This document shows, piece by piece, positions 1-9,547 of a stretch of 64,000 bases of DNA. Below the pieces are notes generated by a model. The model saw only the letters and a list, made by a program, of their open reading frames with translations. It did no database searches and was not told the origin of the DNA. Position 1 is the stretch's first letter, and each line of letters opens with the position of its first letter. The DNA lies in the NCBI GenBank assembly GCA_021413925.1, contig JAIOPL010000013.1, positions 77,888-141,887 on the forward strand, in the 5' to 3' direction. This DNA is from Verrucomicrobiota bacterium (lineage in GTDB: Bacteria > Verrucomicrobiota > Verrucomicrobiia > Chthoniobacterales > UBA6821). The translations under genes were made by a program, and so were the position numbers.

Positions 1-2391
1 CTCGGCCTCTAGGAGAAGGCTGCCTTCGGATACCGGCTGTTTCCATGTTCCGGAGAGATGGACTTTCCCTTCTATACGGGCTTTCTTAAGGGGCCATGCT
101 TCCAGCCTCATGAGGCTCGCCCACCCATCCAGGGGGACGTGTTGGAAGGATGCGGATCCACGGATTGGCTGATCGACATCCCCTATTCTAAGGGTTCCCT
201 GATCATTGACCAAAGAAAGCGGCATCTCCAACTCCACGGCTAACGGTGAAGAGGATGCCGTTTCCTGAAGAAGCTTTAACTTGGCTTTCCCTTCCCCGGC
301 TTCCAAGGAGAGGGAAAGATCCGCGGTCGGCCCGCCATGCATGGGTGAAAAATTGCGGATGCTCATCGCGGCATGCACGTCCGGTTTTGCAGGTGTACCC
401 GTTACGGTGATCGTTCCCTCAAGGCCTCCTAAAAAAAGAATTTCCTGGCCAAAAAGGCCTGCAATTTCCTCGGCCTTGATTCCCTGGAAGGCGAGGTTGA
501 TCCCGAGCGACCCGTCCATCACGATGGTCTTGAGCGCGTCGCCGCTTTGCCAGAATTCCGTTGCATTGAACGGGAGCGACAGTTCGCCTTTCACAAGAGG
601 TAACGGCTTGCCAGCGCGGGTCGCCACAATGTCCGTGGCCCGGAAGGCGTTGGTTGTCGCTGAAAGTTTCATGGCAAGTGACAGGTCCTCCTGCTTGAAA
701 TTGGCCTTGGCGAGTTCCACTTTTCCCGGTGCGTAAGTTCCCTCGAAGGTTCCGGACATGCCGGTGGTTGTCCACTTGCTCACCCATCCGTTAACCTGAG
801 TCTGAAACGATCCGGTGTGAACTTCTGCGGCGCCCTCTCCCTGCCAGTGAAACTTCACTCCGCCACCCCCGTTGACGGTGGCTGTGGTAAGTCCTAACTG
901 GGAAAGTCGCTTTGTCAGGTCGTGTACATCGGCTTCCGCCTCGGCTACGTAAGCATGGGGGCGGCTGTTAGCGACATTACCGCTTAGATACAGGTGATCT
1001 CGTCCGCTCCATGCCTCTAGGGAGGTCAGCCGGGTCTGATCACCGGCGAAGATCACGCATCCTTTCAGCCAGTCCAATGGCAATTTACGGATGGTCATGC
1101 CGGTACCGGTGACATTGCAGTATCCTTCAGCCTTGTTCTCGGCGCCTTGAACCTCTCCCTCCAGAGCCATTCCTCCACCCAGCTGGGCAAACTGGGGGCC
1201 AAATAGTCCAGCCAGCGCACCGGCATCCTCAAGCTCGGCATGAAAGCTCGCAGTAAAAGGAGCGCGGAGCGCCGCATGCCAATCTGCCGGGAGATGGCTT
1301 TGTCCCGACGCCGTCAATTCATTCTCCCGTTGCTGGAGATGAAGTTCGGAAATGGTGAGGTTGCGCCCCGTAAGCGTCGTGGCTAATCGGAGCGACTCCC
1401 AACCCTTTCCTTCCCAATGGAAATCGCGGGCGATGAGGCGTAATGAGCTGTCGGCATCCACCGGGTTTGCGGGATCGCCACGGAACGTAAAACGCGCCTG
1501 GCTGATGACCCCGGTCGCCTTTTTTTCATCCTTCATCCATTCATGGAAGGCCTCCAGCGCCAGACCTTCGCCCACCAGCGTCAGCTCGAGATGGTTGGAA
1601 TTCATCGCCGTCCCCAAGCTGCCGTCACCCCTCAGAATACCCTGGCCGGCTGTTCCCCTGATGCCGAAATCGACACCACCGGCCACCGGTCGGAGAGACG
1701 ATTCCTTAAGGAGGAAATCATGGCCCAGATCCAGCTCACCCAGACGAAGTACTCCACCCTCCCAAGCAGCGGGGGCAGAAGCTCTGGGCAGAACGCGGTG
1801 CCAAGCGCCGACATCCAAAGACCCATCGGCATAAGAAATCCTGCCGGCCCATCGGTCAGGCAAGCGAAGCGTCAGGCCATTCACTGCCAGTCGGTGATGA
1901 TCTCCGATCATGACCAGGTCAGCGGACCCCAGAGTGCAGGAAGAGGAAGGGAGGAAGAGCGTGGTGCGCAAAAAAGGCTGTATACCCCAGCGCGGTTGCT
2001 TCTTAAGCGGCTTTGCGGTGCGTGTGCTCGCTCGGGTATCCAGTAGCACCTTGGTCTTGCCCGCCATCATCTCCCGGATCAACGGCTGTGGCTTCCCGTC
2101 GGAGAAGTGAAGAAGTTGCTTCATCGAAACAAGGCGCACCCCAATCCAGTCGGTCTTGATGCTGCTTCGGTGATCGAGCGGGCCAAATAGCCATGTCACG
2201 CCCCGGGCTTGGATCCATCCGTTCTCTGCGAGCGCGAGCTGCTCGATATGCAACTCCCCGCCATATTCCCAGGCAGCAAGCCCAAGGCCACCCCGTAGCA
2301 CACCGCAGAATACCGGCTTGAAGAAAAGCCAGGTCGCAACCGCTAATGCCAGCAAGGCCAGCGTTCTCCATGCCGTGGGTGTTCCGGACAT
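1..2391 (-). CDS. TamB/AsmA-like translocation-and-assembly protein, N-terminal 797 codons (C-terminus lies left of the window)
   Basis: Not in the supplied track because there is no stop inside the window. Manual translation of the - strand from ATG 2391-2389 gives 797 sense codons without a stop down to position 1 (MSGTPTAWRTLALLALAVATWLFFKPV...GTITVTGTPAKPDVHAAMSIRNF...). It has one N-terminal hydrophobic anchor, then a long G/T/L-rich beta-type sequence. The short ORFs listed for 58-2549 are out-of-frame shadows. The family call is by resemblance only. Confidence 0.5.
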   Translation of the reverse strand, partial: MSGTPTAWRTLALLALAVATWLFFKPVFCGVLRGGLGLAAWEYGGELHIEQLALAENGWIQARGVTWLFGPLDHRSSIKTDWIGVRLVSMKQLLHFSDGKPQPLIREMMAGKTKVLLDTRASTRTAKPLKKQPRWGIQPFLRTTLFLPSSSCTLGSADLVMIGDHHRLAVNGLTLRLPDRWAGRISYADGSLDVGAWHRVLPRASAPAAWEGGVLRLGELDLGHDFLLKESSLRPVAGGVDFGIRGTAGQGILRGDGSLGTAMNSNHLELTLVGEGLALEAFHEWMKDEKKATGVISQARFTFRGDPANPVDADSSLRLIARDFHWEGKGWESLRLATTLTGRNLTISELHLQQRENELTASGQSHLPADWHAALRAPFTASFHAELEDAGALAGLFGPQFAQLGGGMALEGEVQGAENKAEGYCNVTGTGMTIRKLPLDWLKGCVIFAGDQTRLTSLEAWSGRDHLYLSGNVANSRPHAYVAEAEADVHDLTKRLSQLGLTTATVNGGGGVKFHWQGEGAAEVHTGSFQTQVNGWVSKWTTTGMSGTFEGTYAPGKVELAKANFKQEDLSLAMKLSATTNAFRATDIVATRAGKPLPLVKGELSLPFNATEFWQSGDALKTIVMDGSLGINLAFQGIKAEEIAGLFGQEILFLGGLEGTITVTGTPAKPDVHAAMSIRNFSPMHGGPTADLSLSLEAGEGKAKLKLLQETASSSPLAVELEMPLSLVNDQGTLRIGDVDQPIRGSASFQHVPLDGWASLMRLEAWPLKKARIEGKVHLSGTWKQPVSEGSLLLEAE

Positions 2392-2523
2392 GGCGGGAGG
2401 ATGCTCCGGAACCTCGGTGTTTTTGTAACGGGGCGGCATGAGGAATCGATGCGTTGGAAAAGGAAGTATGACTGCTCCCGGCTCGCTTGACCCGCGAAAA
2501 TGATGCGGCCTGGCGTTCTCGCT

Positions 2524-2566
2524 CTAAAAGATACAGGCCGCCGCACCATTTGGTACGACGGCCTGT
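2524..2566 (-). terminator. Intrinsic terminator-like hairpin
   Basis: On the - strand there is a 15-bp stem ACAGGCCGTCGTACC / GGTGCGGCGGCCTGT (loop AAAT, one G.U) followed directly by ATCTTTTAG. It lies 210 nt downstream of the permease stop. Confidence 0.55.
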
Positions 2567-2775
2567 TGTTCCCCCCAGAACAATCTTTCGATAAGCAGAA
2601 CTTATAGGGTTTTATCTCCCGCGCAAGTTCTTTTTAAAAGAAATATCGGTTTTTCCCTACGCTGCCTTTGTTTTCAGCAACTTCCCCTCTCTCTAGTCTT
2701 CTTCTCAACGCATCTCCCAGAAGGGAGGGAAGCCCTCACATGTGCTCCTCATGCCCCTCAGTCACCTCTCTTTTA

Positions 2776-5400
2776 TCATTCCATTCTAAGGGCGGAAGCA
2801 GGTGGTATGGTTGAAGCTCGGAGTGCCGGGATAAATCCGGCAACGATCGCGGCGGCCGTCATCCATACCGGGAGCAGAGCGATGTCGCGCCATGGGTAGG
2901 CAAGATCAATGCTCCATCCGAAGAAGGCTTTATTGATCACCCACGTCAGAACCAAAGCAAGGGCTGCCCCGCTCACGATCCCCACCAGACTGGCCAACAA
3001 TCCTATCAGTGAGGCCTCGGCAAGTATCACACGCACAATCTGCCCTCGGGAGGCACCGATGGCCTTGAGCACGCCCAGCTCGCGCGTCCTCTCCATGACC
3101 AGAATGCCGAGGGTAAGCATTACACCGCCGACCGCGACGGCTATCGAAATGGTTTTGAGCACGGCCGTTACCGCAAACGTCTGGTTGAAGATCTCGAGAA
3201 TACGGGTCTTCAGGGCATGGTTACTGTAGCAGATGAAGGCCTCCTTACCGCCGAAGGCAGAGAAAAAAGCCGCACTAGCCTCGTCCCTAATCGTGTCGGG
3301 CGTTCCGGGTGCAAACTCGATCGCCAGAGAGTGCACCCCTTGGGCCCCCCAGACCTTGGCAAAATAATCGGCCCCGATCATCGCAATGCCTCGGTCGCGA
3401 GTGTAATCGCGGTAGAGGTCGATCACAGGTAGCACGAGTGGCCCCTTGGGCCCGGAAAGAACCAGCGTGTCGCCGGGTCCGAGTTTCAGCCTGCGTCCCA
3501 GACTCTCCGAAAGAGCGATACCCTCGCCACGCTCTAGGGCCCTCGTTTTCTGGGCCACCTTGCCATGCAGAAAATCAATGGAGCCACGCGCTGGTCCCGA
3601 GACCACCCCGAGCGTTACCTGCGCTCCCTTGTCGCTCCGGGCCTCCACTTCGCGGAACGTTCCCACGGCTGAAACAGCAGGCCGTTTCCTCCACCAGTCG
3701 GCCGCCGTTTCGGGCATCGTGTGCTCTAGTCCCAGCAGCTCGTTGGCCGCAGGTGCAATAAAAAGATCCGCCGTCAATGTCCGCCCCGTCCATGCAATCA
3801 CGCTGCCGCGAAAGGAATGAATCATGACACTGATTCCCACCGTCATCGCGGCGGCGGCAGCTAGAGCGGCGATTGTCGGCGCCGTCCGGTGCAGGGATCG
3901 CATGGTCTGCTCCAGGGCGATCCTGAGGATGGCGCCTCGCGTCAAGAGAGGCCGAGCCAGGAACCTCCGTAACAACGCCGCCGCGGCAAGCGCCACCATC
4001 GGCACCATCAGCGAGAAACCTGCCAGGACAAAAAAGGCGGCGCCGAATCCGAGCAGAGCAACCCCTCCGAACAGTGCCCCGAGCGAGCAGAGAAGTCCCA
4101 GCAAAAGAACCCCCATTCCGCAGAATGCCAACGGTAGGGCTGGGATGGGAAAGATCTCCGGCGCTGTTCCCGGATGGAGGACCTTCGTAGGATCGACCGC
4201 CGCCGCCTGGCGGGCGGGTATCCAGGCGGCTACCAAGGAGGCCAAGACTCCTGCTACCATTCCGGCGAGGGCTTCCAGCGGGGTGGGCCATCCGCCGTGG
4301 GCATCGACCGGAAGGTAAAGAGCAGTCACCGTCTGAGCCACCGGCGCGGCGAGAATGCTGGCAATAAGCGGCGAGATCAGGACGCCGAGGACGGATCCGA
4401 TCAACCCGCTGATCGCCGCTTCCACAAGAACCATGGCAAGGATCATTGGCCTTCCTGTCCCCAGGGCCCGGAGGATCCCGAGCGAAACGCGGCGGCGGAC
4501 CACGGAAGCGGCGGCCGAATTACCGACAAAGAACATTCCGACCATCAACGAAACAAGGCTCAGGGCCGTGAGGTTGAGCCGGAACGCCGCGAGCATAATG
4601 TCGACTTGCTGGGTTCTCCGTGCCGGGGGCTGCACGGTTACATCCGCAGGTAGAAGTCGCTGCAACCGATCGATGACAGCCTGCTTCTCCCCGGGGTCCC
4701 GAAGCTTGATCAGGATGGCGCTCAGGTAGCCTTTCTCTCCCACCCACTCCTGGGCCGTCGCAAGATCCAATGCGGCAACCCCCCCTCGCCCTTCTGCCGA
4801 GGCGTCATCCGTACGAATCACCTGCCGCATGATCAGGATCCGCGCCGGTCCGGCGCCTTGGAGACGGATCGAATCGCCCTGCTTGAGATGGTGCCGTCCG
4901 GGGAAATCTCTTAGTACAGCAATCGCTGACTCCTCTCCAAGCCACTCCGCTAGGTTGCCCGCGCCTTCTTTACTAGCCTCTTTTCCTGCGATTTGGGTTT
5001 GCTTTTGATCTTGGTCTTCGAAGGACGGGTTGAGGGAGAGCAGTCCTGCTGCTGTGAAGGGATCGATGCCGACAAGGTGGAGCGACTCGCCTGGATAATC
5101 TGGTAGCGTCACCATCGCCTCAACGAGCGGTGTCGCCGCTTTCACGCCGCGAGTATTCATCACCCCGGGCAGCACGGATTCGGGAATTCGCCCCCGGATT
5201 TCCAGATCGGCGTGTCCCGTAATCATCGCAAACACCCGGTGAAAGCTCTCAACGGCTCCGCGGTTGGCGATCGTGATTGCGAGGAATACGGCCACACCGA
5301 GCGCTATACTCAGGATGCTGAGCATCGCGGCGCGCGGGTGGAGCAAGAGGGGACGGATGCTTCCCCTCCAGAAGATGCTTCTTTGTAGTTGGCGGATCAT
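2776..5400 (-). CDS. ABC transporter permease, FtsX/MacB-type with duplicated FtsX module
   Basis: 874-aa ORF with an ATG start. An N-terminal TM is followed by a large extracytoplasmic loop and a 3-TM bundle, and this layout is repeated in the C-terminal half (YbbP/MacB-like). The start overlaps the glnD stop (ATGA at 5397-5400). Confidence 0.85.
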   Translation of the reverse strand: MIRQLQRSIFWRGSIRPLLLHPRAAMLSILSIALGVAVFLAITIANRGAVESFHRVFAMITGHADLEIRGRIPESVLPGVMNTRGVKAATPLVEAMVTLPDYPGESLHLVGIDPFTAAGLLSLNPSFEDQDQKQTQIAGKEASKEGAGNLAEWLGEESAIAVLRDFPGRHHLKQGDSIRLQGAGPARILIMRQVIRTDDASAEGRGGVAALDLATAQEWVGEKGYLSAILIKLRDPGEKQAVIDRLQRLLPADVTVQPPARRTQQVDIMLAAFRLNLTALSLVSLMVGMFFVGNSAAASVVRRRVSLGILRALGTGRPMILAMVLVEAAISGLIGSVLGVLISPLIASILAAPVAQTVTALYLPVDAHGGWPTPLEALAGMVAGVLASLVAAWIPARQAAAVDPTKVLHPGTAPEIFPIPALPLAFCGMGVLLLGLLCSLGALFGGVALLGFGAAFFVLAGFSLMVPMVALAAAALLRRFLARPLLTRGAILRIALEQTMRSLHRTAPTIAALAAAAAMTVGISVMIHSFRGSVIAWTGRTLTADLFIAPAANELLGLEHTMPETAADWWRKRPAVSAVGTFREVEARSDKGAQVTLGVVSGPARGSIDFLHGKVAQKTRALERGEGIALSESLGRRLKLGPGDTLVLSGPKGPLVLPVIDLYRDYTRDRGIAMIGADYFAKVWGAQGVHSLAIEFAPGTPDTIRDEASAAFFSAFGGKEAFICYSNHALKTRILEIFNQTFAVTAVLKTISIAVAVGGVMLTLGILVMERTRELGVLKAIGASRGQIVRVILAEASLIGLLASLVGIVSGAALALVLTWVINKAFFGWSIDLAYPWRDIALLPVWMTAAAIVAGFIPALRASTIPPASALRME

Positions 5401-8159
5401 CCGTTGTTTTCCCCTGCGCGCGCCGCTGCTGTTCGGAGGCGTCGTTCGAGACGCATGAGCTGATTGTGGTCCTCGAATTTTCCTCCTTCCTTAGTGCGGA
5501 GATAAAAGACATCCAGGGCAGCCTTTTGCTCGGTGGCGATGCGCGCAGCCTCGATCGTGATACCGCCGTGAGAGATTGCCCGCAGTAAATGGTAGAGGAG
5601 TCCCAAGCGGTCGGGGGCCTGGACTTCGAGAATCGTGCACGAGGGATGGGCGTTGTTGTTGACCACGACCCAAACGGGCAATTCCTCCTCTTCATTTCTC
5701 TTCTCTCTGTCCGTGAGAATATCGCGTTTTTGTTTGGGAACAGGGACCAGTCTGTTGCCGGGGGCCATGAGTGATTCCCCGAGTTTTTGCTCGAACAGCT
5801 TGCGCTCCCTTTCCCTCGGCAGTGGTTCGTTGCGATGGTTGGTCACCTTGAAGAGGTCGAGCGCGAGGTTGTCGCTGCGAGTAAAGATGTCGGCGCCAAG
5901 CACATTGATCCCCGCTTCTAGGAACGCGGCTGCAATTCTCTCCAGCAGGCGTTCCCTATCCCACCCGCAGACAAGAACTTCGGCATATCCTGACTCGGGG
6001 TGGTCCACCCACTCGATGACGGGGCAGAGGTTTGGCCCTTCTGTATTCAACCCCTCCTCGAAGAAGCGCCGAAAAAGCCGAATGTGACGATATACTTCCG
6101 TGGCATCCTTCGTAAGGAAGTAGCGGTCCGGCATGCCGTTCATCTGCGCGGAAGTCTCTTCTTCAAACCTGTCCGGCAATGCGGCGTTGACCTTCTGGCG
6201 CAGCTCTTCCCGGCGCTGTCGCTGCTCTTCGCGGAATCCGGCGCTGTTGGTGAGCAATCCTCGAGTCTGGTGGTACAGGGACCAGACCATCTGTTCCTTC
6301 CAGTCGCTCCAACCCTCGTCGCTTGTCCCCATGCCGTCGGCAAGAGTGATCACCATAAGCGCATCGAGAGTGACGGGATCTCGGATGATTTCGGAGAATT
6401 CCTCCACCGTCGCAGGGTCATCGACATTTCTACTGCGCGCGGTTCCGCTCATTTCCCCGTGGTTGTCGACGAGCGTGATCAGCATTTTCTTCCTCGCCGG
6501 GTTGAGCTGCAGCCTTCTGGCTACCCGCTGGGCTGCCAGGGCGCTGGCCTCCTCGTGATGTTGGGTGTTGGCGGCCTTACCTGTGTCATGAAGCAGCATG
6601 GCCAGGTAGAGGATCGCGGGGTCCTCGAAGTTCCGGAAGATTTCTCGGTACCGGGCTAGCTTCTTCTCCTTGGTTAAGAGAAGCGCATCGATCTTATCGA
6701 TGCAGAGCAGCGTGTGCTCGTCGGCGGTGTACCGGTGGAAGAACTCATGCTGCACGAGGCAGGTAAGCGGCTCGAACTCAGGCAAGTATTTACCCAAGAA
6801 ACCGAGATTATGCATGAGTCGAAGGATGCGCCCGACCTCGCCCTTCCTCGAGAGGATGGAAAGAAAGACGGCGCGGTTCTCCTTGTTGTACTGAAAGGTG
6901 CGGTCCACGAGTTTCAGCCTCCGTTTCACAAGATCCTCCAGCTCTGCGGAGAAATGCACGTTGCGGGTCTGCGCTATCTGGAAGGCCCGCATGAGGCGCA
7001 CCGGCTCACGGTTGAAGATATCTCTGGCTTTCGGAAAGAGTTCCCCGTTCCTGATCTCCATTTCGTCCACGCTCGCCTGTCTGCCAAGGAGCTTACTCAG
7101 TAGGTTCATGCGGCTTCCCTGTTGCTCGCGAATTCGCCCGAGCGCTAGAGAGCTAATGAGGTGAACCGCACGCGTGTGGCTGTAATAGTCCCTCATGAAT
7201 GCCTCGCAGCGGCGGAGGATGTTTTTCTCCGGATAGCCCAGGGCTGTGGCGACCTTTCCCTGGAGCTGCAGGGTTAGCTGCTCTGATGCGCGCCCGGTCT
7301 GGTAGTGCATTTCCGTGCGTATCCGAAGCAGAAAGTCGTGGGCTTCTTCCAAGGACTTGCGCTCTCTCTCGCGCAGGATTTTTTCCTCCACGAGCTTTTT
7401 TGTTGTGTAGGCACCGGAATGGAACATCCCCATCCAAAGAAGATTCTGATAGTCGCGCAGACCACCGCAGCCCGACTTGATGTTCGGCTCCTGCATGAAC
7501 ACGCTTGTCCCGTATTTGGTCCGTAGTTCCTTGAGATTATCCATCCGGAAGGCGATGTAATCCTTCTCCTTCCCCTTAACGCAGGTGGTTTCAAACTGAC
7601 TCCTAAATTCCTGAAACAACTTTTTGTCGCCTGCTAGCCAGCGGCTTTCCAGCATTGCCGTCTTGGTCATCATGTCGGCGTTTGCCTGACTCATCGCTCC
7701 CTGTACCGACCGCGTGGCGTGACCCACCTTGAACCCAAGGTCCCAAAGAGCCATAAGACATCTGGAGATGATCCTCTCCATCACCTCGGTCGGTTTGTTC
7801 CCCGCATGCAGAAATGTGATGTCCACGTCACTGAAGGGATTCAATTCTCTCCTTCCGTACCCTCCGAATGCACTCACCAGAAATCCGGGGAGCTCTTTTT
7901 CTCCTAGTTCCTTGCTGGTCGCGAATTGAAAAATCTCCCGCACGAGGATATCCACGATTTCGGTTCTGCGGCTTGCAATTTCCTTTCCGCCGCCCCCGCC
8001 TTTGTGCCAGATCTTCAGCCGGTGCTCTTCTTTTTTAAGGAAGGATTGAAGCTTGGTTATGGGGAGTTCTTTTTCCCCCTCAAGGACATCCGCGAGCTTC
8101 CGAGCGACTTCCTCCTGGATGCGAGCGCGGTGTTCCGAGAGAGGGATGATGCCTTCCAT
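5397..8159 (-). CDS. glnD: [Protein-PII] uridylyltransferase / uridylyl-removing enzyme
   Basis: Track ORF 5397-8318 trimmed to ATG 8159 (MEGIIPLSEH), 15 nt after the upstream stop. Carries the nucleotidyltransferase motif GGYGRRELNPFSDVDI, the HD-domain motif LLHDTGK and two C-terminal ACT-like repeats. Confidence 0.88.
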   Translation of the reverse strand: MEGIIPLSEHRARIQEEVARKLADVLEGEKELPITKLQSFLKKEEHRLKIWHKGGGGGKEIASRRTEIVDILVREIFQFATSKELGEKELPGFLVSAFGGYGRRELNPFSDVDITFLHAGNKPTEVMERIISRCLMALWDLGFKVGHATRSVQGAMSQANADMMTKTAMLESRWLAGDKKLFQEFRSQFETTCVKGKEKDYIAFRMDNLKELRTKYGTSVFMQEPNIKSGCGGLRDYQNLLWMGMFHSGAYTTKKLVEEKILRERERKSLEEAHDFLLRIRTEMHYQTGRASEQLTLQLQGKVATALGYPEKNILRRCEAFMRDYYSHTRAVHLISSLALGRIREQQGSRMNLLSKLLGRQASVDEMEIRNGELFPKARDIFNREPVRLMRAFQIAQTRNVHFSAELEDLVKRRLKLVDRTFQYNKENRAVFLSILSRKGEVGRILRLMHNLGFLGKYLPEFEPLTCLVQHEFFHRYTADEHTLLCIDKIDALLLTKEKKLARYREIFRNFEDPAILYLAMLLHDTGKAANTQHHEEASALAAQRVARRLQLNPARKKMLITLVDNHGEMSGTARSRNVDDPATVEEFSEIIRDPVTLDALMVITLADGMGTSDEGWSDWKEQMVWSLYHQTRGLLTNSAGFREEQRQRREELRQKVNAALPDRFEEETSAQMNGMPDRYFLTKDATEVYRHIRLFRRFFEEGLNTEGPNLCPVIEWVDHPESGYAEVLVCGWDRERLLERIAAAFLEAGINVLGADIFTRSDNLALDLFKVTNHRNEPLPRERERKLFEQKLGESLMAPGNRLVPVPKQKRDILTDREKRNEEEELPVWVVVNNNAHPSCTILEVQAPDRLGLLYHLLRAISHGGITIEAARIATEQKAALDVFYLRTKEGGKFEDHNQLMRLERRLRTAAARAGENNG

Positions 8160-8173
8160 AGGGTGTTCCTTTG

Positions 8174-9154
8174 TCAGTGCGTTGTGATGACGATTTCGAC
8201 GCGTCTGTTGATCTGCTGTTCGGTAACGCTCCCGGTTGAAGGAGCCAGGAGGTGTCTCTTTCCAAGACCTGCCGTTGTAATTTGACGAGTATCCAAGCCG
8301 GCGTTCTGGAGAAGCCAAGCCTTCACGGCCTCCGCTCTCCGAAGACTCAGCTGATCATTGTAGGAATCGCTTCCAAAGGAATCTGTGTGTCCCTCGATGC
8401 GAAAGGATGCCTGTGCATTTCTCCTGATCAGCTCCCCAAGTTTTAAAAGCGATTCGGATGCTTCTTTTCTCAACGTGTCGGAGTCGTATTCAAACAGCAG
8501 ATCCGTCGGCATCAAAATGGGTGCCGTTTCCTGGGTAAGGGTGGCCGTACCGGCCAGCAGATCATCGATATTACTGAAGTTGGTTCCTACTCCTGCTCCA
8601 GTCTGTTGGCCTGCCTTTGCACTGGTTCCGGAAATCCCATCCTCTCTCAGTGGCAGGAGTGCGTGCTTTTCGGCTTTGTTTCCTTGCTCCAGCACCATAG
8701 CGGAAAACGGCACTGTATTAGGAAGCGCGTTCACAGCGAGTGTTTCCGTATCCGGAAGTTTTTCGACTTTTTCTGGTGGATGCTGATCCACTCTCTCCTC
8801 TGGAAGAATTTCCTTGGGTTGCTGCATGACCTGTGGCTTTTCCAGTGTGGTGGTTTTTCCGTCGGTCACGGGGTGTTCCTGGGAAATGACGACTTCCACA
8901 TGCTGCTCCTTTTTCTCTTTGAGTGGTTCTGAATCACCCAGTGTTTTTGCATCGATCTCCACTCGTTTCATCCGGAATGTTCTTGGAACAATCGTATCGT
9001 AACTGGCAGACGAGAATCCCGGAATTATCCAAGTGCTTGATTCACTCAGAAAAAGAAGGTGTGCGAGTATGGAACCTAGGAAGCAAACAGCAAAGATCCA
9101 CACAAAAAGAGATCTTGTACCGAGCCGTGGTCTTTTTAACGATACTCTTCCCAT
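8174..9154 (-). CDS. Membrane-anchored OmpA/MotB C-terminal-domain protein
   Basis: 326 aa. N-terminal TM (LFVWIFAVCFLGSILAHLLFL) and a C-terminal peptidoglycan-binding OmpA_C pattern (FEYDSDTL...RIEGHTDSFGSDSYNDQLSLRRAEAV...NRRVEIVI). Confidence 0.8.
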   Translation of the reverse strand: MGRVSLKRPRLGTRSLFVWIFAVCFLGSILAHLLFLSESSTWIIPGFSSASYDTIVPRTFRMKRVEIDAKTLGDSEPLKEKKEQHVEVVISQEHPVTDGKTTTLEKPQVMQQPKEILPEERVDQHPPEKVEKLPDTETLAVNALPNTVPFSAMVLEQGNKAEKHALLPLREDGISGTSAKAGQQTGAGVGTNFSNIDDLLAGTATLTQETAPILMPTDLLFEYDSDTLRKEASESLLKLGELIRRNAQASFRIEGHTDSFGSDSYNDQLSLRRAEAVKAWLLQNAGLDTRQITTAGLGKRHLLAPSTGSVTEQQINRRVEIVITTH

Positions 9155-9547
9155 GAGACGTTCTTTTCTATTTGCTCCTAGCCAACACTGAAAGAATTCT
9201 TCGAGATCCTTTTTCTACGACATTACCCATTCATGGTTGTTCACAGGATGGATTTATAAAAAAATCTTTTTGCCAATTTCTTCATAATAATAAGAGTGTG
9301 AATAAGCGGGCCCACGCACACCTAAACCATTCTAACTACGGATTCTACTGCTTACTCTCGGTGTGTGAACGAAGAACGATCCTCTGTGGTGGAGAGGATA
9401 AAATAATGTTTCATGGAACAACAAGGCATCAGAAAGAATCATTCATCCACAAAGTGTTCCCAAAAGGGCCACCAATCCATAAAGCCCTTAAAAATAAACA
9501 TAAAACGTTTATAAAAAGTAACTTGTATAAAAGTTCCATGTGGAACA
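9155..9547. other. AT-rich ORF-free spacer with DnaA-box-like 9-mers (oriC candidate, or a divergent promoter region)
   Basis: Hand count gives 32 G+C in 9451-9550. One-mismatch matches to TTATCCACA at 9443-9451 (TCATCCACA) and 9297-9305 (TGTGAATAA, reverse complement TTATTCACA). Two-mismatch sites at 9237-9245, 9393-9401 and 9539-9547. A/T tracts at 9253-9272 and 9488-9530. Genes diverge from this point. Confidence 0.3.

Noticed and set aside
58-2549. About a dozen 60-170-aa ORFs are listed in the track across the first 2.5 kb.
   Set aside because: All are out of frame with an uninterrupted 797-codon - strand frame (ATG 2391 to the window edge). That frame has an N-terminal membrane anchor and a TamB/AsmA-like sequence character. 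The track missed it only because its stop lies outside the window.
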